A DNA stretch of 45,987 nucleotides, from NCBI RefSeq assembly GCF_001194135.2, contig NC_068987.1, positions 95,277,977-95,323,963 on the forward strand, in the 5' to 3' direction. Positions 34,824-45,987 of this stretch are shown piece after piece. Position 1 is the stretch's first letter. Each line of letters starts with the position of its first letter. Made by a program: the position numbers and the translations under genes. Origin of the DNA: Octopus bimaculoides (Eukaryota). Below the pieces are notes generated by a model. That model ran no database searches and was not told the origin of the DNA. It saw only the letters and a list, made by a program, of their open reading frames with translations.

Positions 34824-34858
<35 letters not shown>
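34660..34858 (+). mobile_element. Short hammerhead-bearing repeat ending in (TA)n
   Basis: Homologous to 31130-31287; the tail motif ATATGACCATCCCCAA also occurs at about 44798-44813. Confidence 0.65.
34673..34717 (+). ncRNA. Minimal type I hammerhead ribozyme motif with intact catalytic core
   Basis: Stem I GGACCA/TGGCC (one mismatch); CTGATGA (34679-34685); extra G; stem II GTCACA-GAAG-TGTGAC; GAAA (34703-34706); stem III AG-AA-CT; cleavage triplet CTC (34710-34712). Confidence 0.8.
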
Positions 34859-35306
34859 NNNNNNNNNNNNNNNNNNNNNNNNNNNNNNNNNNNNNNNNNN
34901 NNNNNNNNNNNNNNNNNNNNNNNNNNNNNNNNNNNNNNNNNNNNNNNNNNNNNNNNNNNNNNNNNNNNNNNNNNNNNNNNNNNNNNNNNNNNNNNNNNNN
35001 NNNNNNNNNNNNNNNNNNNNNNNNNNNNNNNNNNNNNNNNNNNNNNNNNNNNNNNNNNNNNNNNNNNNNNNNNNNNNNNNNNNNNNNNNNNNNNNNNNNN
35101 NNNNNNNNNNNNNNNNNNNNNNNNNNNNNNNNNNNNNNNNNNNNNNNNNNNNNNNNNNNNNNNNNNNNNNNNNNNNNNNNNNNNNNNNNNNNNNNNNNNN
35201 NNNNNNNNNNNNNNNNNNNNNNNNNNNNNNNNNNNNNNNNNNNNNNNNNNNNNNNNNNNNNNNNNNNNNNNNNNNNNNNNNNNNNNNNNNNNNNNNNNNN
35301 NNNNNN

Positions 35307-35450
35307 TGGCCTCCAATAGCGTGGTAGTGGACAGATAATCTCTATGGCCTCCAATAGCGTGGTAGTGGACAGATAATCTCTATGGCCTCCAACAGCGTGG
35401 TAGTGGACAGATAATCTCTATGGCCTCCAGTAACCTGTATGGCCTCCAAC
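35307..35450 (+). repeat. Minisatellite (38-bp and 19-bp units), short array
   Basis: TGGCCTCCAACAGCGTGGTAGTGGACAGATAATCTCTA repeats, plus TGGCCTCCAGTAACCTGTA; emerges from an N gap. Confidence 0.95.
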
Positions 35451-35699
35451 ATGGTTGGATTTAACTCATTTCCATTTAAACCCTTCTGATATACTCATTA
35501 ATCCTATTAATACTCATGGTAATAGGACGATGGTGGTCATGACAACAACAACTATAACACAATAATAACAAGAGCAGTCAGAGAGCGCAAACCTCTGCCA
35601 TGGTAACACCAACGTCCTCTCAACGATTAGCCGGAAATTGTTTTTAAAATGAGAATATCTAAAATAAACTCGACTGCTCTCACAAACGAGAATACTAAA

Positions 35700-35943
35700 A
35701 GTGAACCCGACCGCTCTCAAAGATTAAGTAAAAAAAAAAACGGAAAAATAATCCAGAATCCTTGTCCAGTACTGAATGGATCTCAAAATCTAATCAGTTT
35801 CTTCCAGTCACGAGGCCAAACATCTCTGAAAGTTCCATCTAAATTCATCCAGCTCCAGCGGTTCTTGAGACATCTTGCCCCTGGATAAACATACAAACAT
35901 ATACGACTGAAAGCAATACCTCCGCCTTCGCTAAGGCGGATGT
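35700..35943 (+). mobile_element. Non-autonomous Helentron-associated (HINE/DINE-like) element, 3' part
   Basis: CAAAATCTAATCAGTT..AAATTCATCC..CAGCGGTTCTTGAGA.ATC..AAACATACAAAC..GAAAGCAATACCTCCGCC-TTCGCTAA-GGCGGATGT. The subterminal hairpin (35918-35943) and short simple repeat are typical of these elements. Confidence 0.6.
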
Positions 35944-35968
35944 AATAATAATAATAATAATAATAATA

Positions 35969-36024
<56 letters not shown>

Positions 36025-36254
36025 GTTGTTATTTCTTCTTTCTTCAAATTTTTTCCCATTTCTCGCCGAGTGTTTTCCGTACACCTAGGGCAGAGAAACG
36101 TTGTATGCATTCCCAATTTACACACGCAAATTCATAGGTAAAACATGTATTTAAGAAAAAAAAAATCATGAATGGATGTTGTTTTCACAGCGATANNNNN
36201 NNNNNNNNNNNNNNNNNNNNNNNNNNNNNNNNNNNNNNNNNNNNNNNNNNNNNN

Positions 36255-36310
<56 letters not shown>

Positions 36311-36469
36311 CATCATTATTATAGGACGATAGGTGTGCTTCGGCAAGTCATTACCACAAACATGCAGATTAAAAGTAAATAACAATGATAATAATGATTT
36401 CAAATTTTGCGACAAGGACAGCAATTGTAGCAGCCCATGATCAAGCGATAAAAACAATCAACTCACGAT

Positions 36470-37927
36470 AGGGACAATCTTCTTGGACCCAGAAGGTGAA
36501 TTCGTGGGAATGGATATGAAAAATACCGAAAGAGCTGCATTCATAACACTAGTTGTTTATGCTCCGACAGGGGCGGTATAACCAAATTTCTTCAGGAGTC
36601 TTGAGATTTTTCTGTGAACGGCCAGCTCTTTAATGCTTGTAGGTGATTGGAAAGGCATCTTGGACGCACATTTAGATTGTTTGGGGTTAGCTGATATAAG
36701 AAGGGGTATAAAAGCCTTACAAACGTGCTCAGGCTTCCCAATTATTTGACAGCTGGCGATTGGATTTCCAGAATGTAATATAGCGATAGATATGGACAAA
36801 TCGCATCACATCGTCGGAATCATATCTAGATAGAATATTCTATCGGCTAATAGATAAGGATAGGATAGGTAGTCCGCTTTTGAAAAATCATCGGCTACAC
36901 CGGCCACAAATTTGTAATGTTTACGGTCGATAAAGGTAGGCATCATAGGCTGGCAGAACGTAGTTACTAGAAGCTGAACGGATCGCTCCCAATGTGCCAT
37001 GTTTGCAGGGATCTGATTAACGAATTAGTTAAGCGAGATTTGTTGGGGTAAATTGTTAACAACAAACGGTAGTTAGCTCTGAAAATGTCGATTACAATTG
37101 AATCGGTTAGATTTAGTTAGGTCTTATGGATAGAGAAAGAGAAAGTGACTCTGTTTGAAATTTAGAAGTGCTTAAGAAAAGGTATTGTAAGCAAGATGGA
37201 CGTGGTTCTATTGGCCCTCGACTAATTTTTCAACTGAAGTCACGGACGCTGTATTGTCAGAAATATGTCATGTGCTGTAAGACATGTGGGGACGAAAGCT
37301 GCTGGGAAAGGAGACTCACACGGGAGAGGACGCTAATAATTTTCAGCACATAACTGTTAAACAGATTTCAAAATGTTTTGGCAAAAGTGTTAGCTAAGAA
37401 GTTAGTGATAGTTGGCTGTGATTTAATTATCGATGTAAAAACATGCGCCAATTTCAAACAGATCTATCCACAACAATCTCTATTTCATACGGTAAAGCAT
37501 CGAGAGAGTGTAAATAGTGAGCCTGGCATGAATAGAGTCCTGAGTGATTTTCTTTAATCACAATTTTTTCATAGGTTTGAACACCAACAACTAATCTCTG
37601 GTTGGATTGTTGTAGTGTAGTACAACATCTGCTCGGTGATTAAGGTGAATGGCCTCCTATAGGAATCTTCAGTATCATACACTCGGTCCACCACATTTTT
37701 CCTTTCTCCCTTCTGTATGCACTGACACTTGGGTCGATATTGCGGAAACTAGTGATACTGAGGGGCGTCCTGAAAGAGCTAGGTCATCGAAGATACAAAC
37801 TGATACAATTGGACGATGCCATCGCCATAGTGTAGAACACAAGACATATAAAGATAATCGACACAACTTTAAGGAATACGAAGCGGACAGAGGAGCAAGA
37901 ACAAATCAATCGATTAGTGTCAGTGAG
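36470..37927 (+). mobile_element. L1/Tx1-clade LINE relic, ORF2 (AP endonuclease and RT, linker largely deleted)
   Basis: APE: LVVYAPTG, LMLVGDWKGILD, SYLDRIF, GYTGHKFV, SY*KLNGSL. RT: HITxLxxDFK..LAKVLAKKL, IHNNLYF, VIKVNG, LSPLLYALTL, LDDAIAIV, FKEYEADRGARTN. Many stops and frameshifts. Confidence 0.88.
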
Positions 37928-39554
37928 CTCTATGGCCTCCAATAGCGTGGTAGTGGACAGATAATCTCTATGGCCTCCAACAGCGTGGTAGTGGACAGAT
38001 AATCTCTATGGCCTCCAGTAACCTGTATGGCCTCCAACAGCGTGGTAGTGGACAGATAATCTCTATGCCCCCCCCCCAGTAAGCTGTATGGCCTCCAACA
38101 GCGTGGTAGTGGACAGATAATCTNNNNNNNNNNNNNNNNNNNNNNNNNNNNNNNNNNNNNNNNNNNNNNNNNNNNNNNNNNNNNNNNNNNNNNNNNNNNN
38201 NNNNNNNNNNNNNNNNNNNNNNNNNNNNNNNNNNNNNNNNNNNNNNNNNNNNNNNNNNNNNNNNNNNNNNNNNNNNNNNNNNNNNNNNNNNNNNNNNNNN
38301 NNNNNNNNNNNNNNNNNNNNNNNNNNNNNNNNNNNNNNNNNNNNNNNNNNNNNNNNNNNNNNNNNNNNNNNNNNNNNNNNNNNNNNNNNNNNNNNNNNNN
38401 NNNNNNNNNNNNNNNNNNNNNNNNNNNNNNNNNNNNNNNNNNNNNNNNNNNNNNNNNNNNNNNNNNNNNNNNNNNNNNNNNNNNNNNNNNNNNNNNNNNN
38501 NNNNNNNNNNNNNNNNNNNNNNNNNNNNNNNNNNNNNNNNNNNNNNNNNNNNNNNNNNNNNNNNNNNNNNNNNNNNNNNNNNNNNNNNNNNNNNNNNNNN
38601 NNNNNNNNNNNNNNNNNNNNNNNNNNNNNNNNNNNNNNNNNNNNNNNNNNNNNNNNNNNNNNNNNNNNNNNNNNNNNNNNNNNNNNNNNNNNNNNNNNNN
38701 NNNNNNNNNNNNNNNNNNNNNNNNNNNNNNNNNNNNNNNNNNNNNNNNNNNNNNNNNNNNNNNNNNNNNNNNNNNNNNNNNNNNNNNNNNNNNNNNNNNN
38801 NNNNNNNNNNNNNNNNNNNNNNNNNNNNNNNNNNNNNNNNNNNNNNNNNNNNNNNNNNNNNNNNNNNNNNNNNNNNNNNNNNNNNNNNNNNNNNNNNNNN
38901 NNNNNNNNNNNNNNNNNNNNNNNNNNNNNNNNNNNNNNNNNNNNNNNNNNNNNNNNNNNNNNNNNNNNNNNNNNNNNNNNNNNNNNNNNNNNNNNNNNNN
39001 NNNNNNNNNNNNNNNNNNNNNNNNNNNNNNNNNNNNNNNNNNNNNNNNNNNNNNNNNNNNNNNNNNNNNNNNNNNNNNNNNNNNNNNNNNNNNNNNNNNN
39101 NNNNNNAGCGTGGTAGTGGACAGATAATCTCTATGGCCTCCAACAGCGTGGTAGTGGACAGATAATCTCTATGGCCTCCAGTAACCTGTATGGCCTCCAA
39201 CAGCGTGGTAGTGGACAGATAATCTCTATGGTCCCCCCAGTAAGCTGTATGGCCTCCAACAGCGTGGTAGTGGACAGATAATCTTTATGGCCTCCAGTAA
39301 GCTGTATGGCCTCCAACAGCGTGGTAGTGGACAGATAATCCCTATGGCCTCCAGTAAACTCTATGGCCTCCAACAGCGTGGTAGTGGACAGATAATCTCT
39401 ATGGCCTCCAGTAAGCTCTATGGCCTCCAACAGCGTGGTAGTGGACAGATAATCTCTATGGCCTCCAGTAAGCTCTATGACTCCAACAGCGTGGTAGTGG
39501 ACAGATAAGCTCTATAGCCTGCAGTATGCTCTATGGCCTCCAGCAGCGTGGTAG
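37928..39554 (+). repeat. Minisatellite of 38-bp and 19-bp units (often a 57-bp higher-order period), centre in an N gap
   Basis: Direct reading on both sides of the gap at 38124-39107. Confidence 0.96.
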
Positions 39555-39830
39555 GGCACTGAGTGGACAGATACGTTAAATTGCTTAAGATTGGTTTTGT
39601 CTGGATCTCTAAATGAAGAATTAGGATGACGTGACATGCAAAAAGTGGTTGCGTGGTGAAAGTGATTGAAATGTATGAAGAGAGAGTCTTTCGTTTTTCT
39701 TTGGTAGAACCCTCATCGACTTTGTCATCTTTCTCTCGAAAGAAAATGTGAGCGCAGAGGGAAATATTAGATGAGTGAATCTGGCGAAAATAGCAGAAGA
39801 GAATGGGATCAGTTTATAAGTATGAAAATG
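39555..39830 (+). mobile_element. Continuation of the L1/Tx1 ORF2 relic after the minisatellite
   Basis: TGGACAGATACGTTAAATTGCTT..GGATCTCTAAATGAAGAATTAGGATGACGTG reads, with frameshifts, WTD-VKLL..DL*MK-N*DDV, the post-RT segment. Confidence 0.6.
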
Positions 39831-40246
39831 ATGATGGAGATGACACTGTCCGTCGGAGTAACCTTTGATATTGGCGATTTGCGAGATCTTCCTCTCTCAG
39901 AAGAATTGCATCATCCTAGTCACTTATTTTTTAATATTTTATACAATGTATACATTTATTCTATAACTTTCTTATCATTCGATTCCACGGAAATATCGAT
40001 ACATTTTGTTCTTGATTTTTTCATGCCCTTCATCTGTCGTGCAGAAGGCAAATATCTATCACCACCATCACNNNNNNNNNNNNNNNNNNNNNNNNNNNNN
40101 NNNNNNNNNNNNNNNNNNNNNNNNNNNNNNNNNNNNNNNNNNNNNNNNNNNNNNNNNNNNNNNNNNNNNNNNNNNNNNNNNNNNNNNNNNNNNNNNNNNN
40201 NNNNNNNNNNNNNNNNNNNNNNNNNNNNNNNNNNNNNNNNNNNNNN

Positions 40247-40278
<32 letters not shown>

Positions 40279-40294
40279 GGATTATTTTCTTTAT

Positions 40295-40396
40295 TTGTTT
40301 CAGTCATTTGACTGTGGCCATGCTGGAGCACTGCCTTTAGTGAGCAAATCGATCCCAGAACTTATTCTTTGTAAGCCAAGTAATTATTCTATCGGT
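40295..40396 (+). mobile_element. SINE-like family B, well-preserved 5' part
   Basis: TTGTTTCAGTCATTTGACTGTGGCCATGCTGGAGCACTGCCTTTAGTGAGCAAATCGATCCCAGAACTTATTCTTTGTAAGCC. Confidence 0.85.
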
Positions 40397-40996
40397 ATCA
40401 TTATTATTAATATCTTATGTAGTAGTGGTAGTTGTTGCTATTTTTGGTGTTATTTTCAATATGAAATAAGCATGAAGACTATTAAGAAACGACGGACAGC
40501 AGAAAGACCGACCAATACAGACAAACGTTTCAAGTAAGAACACACAATCTCGTTTTGTTTTGTTGAAATAAAGTTTCACAATGTCAGTTATTTGGTTCCC
40601 TTGGTTTAGATATTATATCTGCTTGTATAGTTTTTTTTATAAAACCACGTTTCTCTGCCTCTGTCATTGAATCTGTTGTTATTGGGAACAAGGGAAAGAC
40701 AAGTTAATAGAGTGATTAATCAATGAATTGATAATGTATGTTGTTTTGCATACATAGGCACACACACGCAAAAACATACAAACATACATATATATATATA
40801 TAGATAGATAGATAGATACATACATACATACATACATACATACATACATGTGCATGTGTGTGTATATATGTGTGTACATAATTTAAATATAGTTCAGATG
40901 AGAATAAAATATAGAAAAATAGATGGTGAGATATGCGTGTTTTCATTTTTTTAAAACAATGTTAGAGATAGTTATATCGGTAAATGTATTTCTATA

Positions 40997-41017
40997 GACA
41001 CACACACACACACACAG

Positions 41018-41048
<31 letters not shown>

Positions 41049-41077
41049 CGCACGCACACACACATAGCAATACATAC

Positions 41078-41166
<89 letters not shown>

Positions 41167-41208
41167 TGTACACAAATACACTCATACATACACACACACA
41201 CACACACA
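40997..41208. repeat. Compound (AC)/(ATAC)/(AT)n microsatellite
   Basis: Direct reading. This is representative of many similar tracts (e.g. 5429-5601, 6950-7395, 10970-11210, 33137-33237) that are not listed individually. Confidence 0.97.
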
Positions 41209-42689
41209 GGGAAGCACAACGCGAAAAAGACTACAAAACTAACGTATGTAAGAAGAGTGGGTTGGATGGAGAAAGCTATGATGAAGATATTAAGGTGAAT
41301 GCTAGCATGAAGAAATATGACTAAAGACCTTGCTCTATATTCTAAGAGCGAAACAGCAGACATGATGTATAAATTACAGTCGGTATGGGAAGTAATTGTA
41401 AGTGTTTCACCGCTACTTCCCCATACATTTCATTTATAAATATATTGTCAAAGAGTTGTAGAAACAATCCTTAATGAAACGTGCCTGAGTCATGCAGGAA
41501 ACCAAAAGCTGGGTCTGGTGAACTCGTGGTTACGCGGTCTCGGCTAAATAATTTTCTAAAGCCGGGAAGTTATATAATGGAGAATGCAGTTGTGCGTGAC
41601 GCTCTATATCAAAGAGCAGTCTCCGCTTAATAATAGCAGAAAAATTGTTTAGCTAGTTACTGCCATCTGGCATGGAATGACAACCATCTGAGTTTTGTAT
41701 AATATCTACTAATTTTGATTCATTTCATTTAGACGCCGAAAACATGAATAGAATAATGGTTATGCGGAATTGTCTATTATTTTTTTTATCACTTTTGATG
41801 ATTTTAATGGCTGACAGAAAGTGAGTTTTGGTGTGAATCAGTCGTGTTTTTGTAGTTGATTAATCTAGAGTTTTATTTATATATTTCACCTCTGTATCTC
41901 TTTTATTTAATAAGGTTCAACAACCGTTATAAAATATTATTAAACTCTCCCAGGATGCCTAGTAGTAGCAGCAGCAGCAGTTGCAGTAATATCGATAATA
42001 AGGAATCGAAAGTCAATATTCGCTTTGGCCGCAACAGGAATGACAGTAGGATTGATGACTATTAACAATTTGGTCGAAAGAAAAGAAAGATAGAGCATTT
42101 CATATTAGAATACAAATACGGTACGGATTCTCACTTATGTGATATGAATGAAGTGTAAAACTTCGACCAACTCATATCCTCCATATAATAAGAAAACAAA
42201 TACTTCCTGTAGGTATGTATAAGATGTAAAGATAACAAGCAAGACAAATAATTGATCAACTGACTGATATTTTCAAATAATATAAAACAAACACATTAAA
42301 TCTCATCTGGTATTCGAAATGAAAAGATGTTTCGCCCTTATGAGACCTCTGCAGTGCCCCAAGAATTGCAAATAATCTCCAGATTTGGAGAGAATGATAA
42401 ACAAAAAAGTGGTAAACGTGATTTGGAATATCAAGAATATGGTCGAAGAAAAATACCTCACGTGAAAGTTCTACATAGCAAATATAATATTGTACGACCT
42501 GTCACATTTAATGTATTGAAAAACCTTCGATCAACTGAGATCATCAACACTTAAATAGCGAAAAACTCCTCCTAGAATTGTTTAAAATACTAAACCAATA
42601 TGCACAGGTAACGGAATTTTCGGACAATATAGGCAATACAAAAATGTAAAGCCATATCTATCACTATAATTAGTAGTAAAGACATCCTT

Positions 42690-43200
42690 CCAAACTTTCG
42701 CTGAACCGATCTCTTTGGAGTTATGTTCTTCCTCTAAAATGTTCAGAATTTTAAAAGTTCTAAAGAGAAATTTCGTTTAAACCTCCATGGAACCTTTCAG
42801 TGAATTAACGCTTTTCACTGCTTCTGAGGTCATTTTGATAAAGTACCTCTTCAGTCATCTTCACCAGCTTTTCTTTGCCAGAATTTCGGTGACAACTATC
42901 TTCCAGAAAATTTCTACCGAAAGTCAAATCTCTTGCATATTTGCGAGCGAAGCTTGTCTACTTTTTGACATTTGATAATACAGGTTTTCTTTTGTTTTGG
43001 CCCCATGAGTGACTTCCTTCCACTCTACCTTCAGATCCTGTGTATCCGGTATGACATCTGTATTTGCAATGTTCTTCAAACATCGAAGTTTCCGAAACAA
43101 GTGCTTCCAGTTCTGGAACCAGTGTGCGTGAAATTGTTGAAACTTGTTTCGTTCTAATTTTCTTTTTACAACCATAAAAAGCTACAGGCAAAACGTTACT
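42690..43200 (-). mobile_element. Degenerate Tc1-like transposase fragment
   Basis: Minus-strand pieces VSTISRTL (HTH-like), KRKPVLSNVKK*TSFARKY (compare RKPLL...RL.FA..H) and KGSMEV (compare GGSVMVW). Heavily frameshifted. Confidence 0.5.
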
Positions 43201-43379
43201 ATTTAAAAGGCATATATCGGTGTTGGTGTTCACTAATTTATCTTTCTAGGGCTTGGTTGTGTTTGTGTGTACCATTGTTAGACATCACAATATTGCACTG
43301 GTACATCATTCACGTATGTTCTCTAGTTATGCGCTAAGGTATATAAAAGAGAATGCTTGTCCGATCTAGACGTTTCTAA

Positions 43380-43700
43380 TGTTGATGTCAGTTTTAATAA
43401 TTTTATTTACTCCATTACTTTAGTTGTTTTGACATTTATAAGCAATCCAAATTCACGAAGACCTCTGTAGCAATTCTGAGTAATTCCTTTAGATTTTCTG
43501 TTGCGTGTAGCAAGGCTGTTTCCATTGGCGTATTTAAAATGTCTAATGGCTCCTGCCTCTTCTATTTTAAGAAAATATTACCTGGAATTGCTAGTCTCAT
43601 TATCAGTATAGATATTTAAAAGATTTGGGGAAATGATGCCGCCACAGTTGATTCATTTTCGGTTGTAAAATAATGCCTCATCAGACGAATTCCGAAAAGC
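43380..43700 (-). mobile_element. RTE-clade RT fragment
   Basis: The minus strand reads GGIISPNLLNIYTD (compare QG..LSP.LFNIY), IRHFKYANGNSL (degenerate YADD) and EFGLLINVKTTKVM (compare GL.IN..KTKVM). Confidence 0.8.
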
Positions 43701-44554
43701 ATAACCTGTTTCTAGAAGAACCACTGAGAGCGATGTCATGCCTAGTTAAATTACTATCATCCACAGGTCGCTGTATTAAACACCTTTGAATCGTCGAAGT
43801 AGATGCACAGCAGGATATTCACTTCCTTTTCCTTCATATTATATGCTTGTCAAACAGCTGGTCTTTGGTACCTCAGCCATTGCTCAATCATCCTGTTAGA
43901 ATAAGATCTCTCTAGCTACATCGTTGTTTACCCATTCACACACGACTATGACAAGCAGCTTACTGATGTATTGGGTCATCCCATAAATATGCGGGGGGTG
44001 GGGGTTTATAACTCTTTTATTTTTCAAACTTAAGATAAAGTTCTTTTTGAATCTAAAATATACTCTCTTTCATTTTCTACAATCTTCTTCCATCTATCTG
44101 GTAGACTTGAAAGGCCCCCTCTTCCAAAATACTACTTCAGTATATTCGTTGGTGTGTTGTCAGGAATGTGTATATTGCTGTTTCTTTTCCTGATTAGTTA
44201 TAAAGACAATTTCAGGATATGCATTGTATTTCAAAATATTTTCTTAATACCAGAAACTATCTACGGATATCTGCGCCAATGTTGTACTTATGACTACTCT
44301 CGAACCGAGTTTACAATATGCAACTTTTGCCCACTTTGGGTTCTATTTTTACGCACACACAACACACTCGCACAAACACACACTCATGATATATACGAAA
44401 CACACACATATATGCATGTATGTGTATGTGTGTAAACATTAATATTGTGATGTTGCACAGATGTCCATTTAGTCAAATATAAACGCTAAAAATGTTAAAT
44501 GCTGAAAAAGTAGATAATGTAAATTAAGCAGCAGTTTGCGATTGTAGATCGCTC

Positions 44555-44760
44555 AACCGATCTCTTTGGAGTTATGTTCTTCCTTTAAAATGTTCAGAAT
44601 TTTAAAAGTTCTAAAGAGAAATTTCGTTTAAACCTCCATGGAACCTTTCAGTGAATTAACGCTTTTCACTGCTTCTGAGGTCATTTTGATAAAGTACCTC
44701 TTCAGTCATCTTCCCCGGCTTTTCTTTGCCAGAATCTCGGTGACAACTATCTTCCAGAAA
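44555..44760 (+). repeat. 206-bp direct duplicate of 42704-42909
   Basis: Four substitutions seen by eye over 206 bp. Confidence 0.92.
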
Positions 44761-45271
44761 TCGAAATAAAACCACACGTGGTGAATTGTGGAAGATATAT
44801 GACCATCCCCAAATATGACAATAATAAAAAAAAAAAACGCTCGTCTCAATTTTTAACTTTCCAAACGTTCAAGTCCTGACATAATAATAATAATCACTAA
44901 ATTGAGATTCTTAACTGTCGCACCTAATCATTTCGAAATATTGTTTTGGCATTAAGCCCATTCTTTTCGTAACCGAGAAACAATTAAATGATGATAAAAA
45001 TGTAACGGCGTATGTACAAACGTAGATATTTCGCAGTAAATAACCGACGGCTTTGTTGTTGATCGAACTATGAAGCAAAGAAGGCTGCTTCAGCGTTTCC
45101 CTTATACCTCAAAGACGCACGTTCAAATTACTTTCAGATTGGAATATTTTTTGTTGTTTTGTAAGATACGTATCTGTTCCTACGCCTTTATAGATTCATC
45201 ATATAATTCTATATGTTATGGCATTTATTTTTTATATTCATTTTATCTTTTTATCTTAAATGCAATCAAAA

Positions 45272-45425
45272 GCGTCGAGCTGGCTGAATCATTAGCGCGC
45301 CGGTCGACTTCGATTTTCAGCTTTGCGTGAATCGATAAAATCAAGTACCAGTGAAATACTGAAGTCGATGTAATCGAATTGTCTCATTCCCCACAAAATT
45401 GCTGGCCTTGTGCTAAAATTGGAAA
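45272..45425 (+). mobile_element. SINE family A with internal deletion
   Basis: CGAGCTGGCTGAATCATTAGCGCGCCGG joins directly to GTCGACTT..TCGATAAAATCAAGTACCAG..GTCGATGTAATCGA..GGCCTTGTGC. Confidence 0.8.
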
Positions 45426-45822
45426 ATATATCTGTATGTAATCATCTTCCATATTCTGAGTTTTATCATTTCGTGGGTCTTCATCCTCCCATCCCTCTTT
45501 ACGTAACATTCTATTCCAGTCACACCCTTAGCTCCACTCTTATATAAGCAATTCTTTTATAATGTCATTATGATTTTGACAATTCACTAGATGAAACTGC
45601 GGTAATTTTTTTTTTCTCGATCCCTTTTGATCGAACTCCTCCCTTCCCTTTTTCCCTTCCTACGATCCCTTTTGATCGACACACCCCTACTTTTTTTTTT
45701 CTTTCCTTCCCCCTCCCAAAAAGAAAAGCTCTACATTGTATTTGCCCCATCTTTGTTGAGCCCTGTGTGGCTAATAAAAGAAATGTATCTATCTATCTGC
45801 CTATCTATCTATCTTCCAAACG

Positions 45823-45987
45823 ACCAACGCGTTCTATAGAGGACTAGTGGAGGGGAGGTCTGACGACACTCTCGGGGCAAACCTGGGTGTCGACGAGAAA
45901 TTCCTAACCCGCCTTTTCAAGACGACGTTCGGGCCGGGGCCTATGGATAATTTCCAGAGATCCCTGGCTTGGCAATGCTATCGAGAC
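45823..45987 (+). mobile_element. L1/Tx1-clade ORF2 C-terminal fragment, open to the window end
   Basis: 55 uninterrupted codons: TNAFYRGLVEGRSDDTLGANLGVDEKFLTRLFKTTFGPGPMDNFQRSLAWQCYRD. This resembles the region before the zf-RVT (W..L...LP) motif of Tx1-like ORF2 as I recall it; CpG-rich. Confidence 0.75.

Noticed and set aside
37928-39554. Regular 38-bp repeats resembling a CRISPR array, and repeat-protein ORFs (39131-39430 minus, 39287-39508 plus)
   Set aside because: There are no unique spacers, no cas genes and the context is eukaryotic. The ORFs arise because the 57-bp period is a multiple of three.
41460-41700. Non-repetitive island as a possible host exon
   Set aside because: Only short open frames, no recognisable protein and no convincing splice-site pair.
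42327-42554. ORF with RRKIPHVKVLHSKYNI, vaguely like a Penelope linker (PY..G.SE)
   Set aside because: Insufficient motif conservation.
43650-43684. Minus-strand CTGATGA-GG..CC-GAAA motif
   Set aside because: Only a 2-bp stem II, a mismatched stem III and no stem I; it lies within or beside an RTE RT relic, so it is likely chance.

Overview
AT-rich eukaryotic intergenic or intronic DNA from a gapped draft assembly, with many N runs flanked by microsatellites. The SINE families and repeat profile point to an octopod cephalopod (inferred from recalled repeat families, not searched). I can support no host protein-coding gene, no bona fide tRNA/rRNA gene and no CRISPR array; most ORF-track entries are microsatellite or N-gap artefacts. 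The window is a mosaic of transposon relics: RLE-type (R4/Dong-like) LINE pieces sitting in (AAT)n tracts, three Penelope-like relics, two RTE relics, L1/Tx1 relics, two Tc1/mariner relics, Helentron-like ends, a palindromic MITE-like element and about 20 SINE copies from at least three families. The most notable signals are: (1) several unrelated short repeat families carrying minimal hammerhead-ribozyme motifs of the Penelope/retrozyme type, one apparently fused to a tRNA-like Pol III head via an (AAT)n linker and present as an inverted pair at 25.0-26.0 kb; (2) a 38/19-bp minisatellite that appears to have been amplified in place from a piece of L1/Tx1 ORF2. All translations and alignments were done by eye, and boundaries of degenerate elements are approximate (about +/-10-30 bp).
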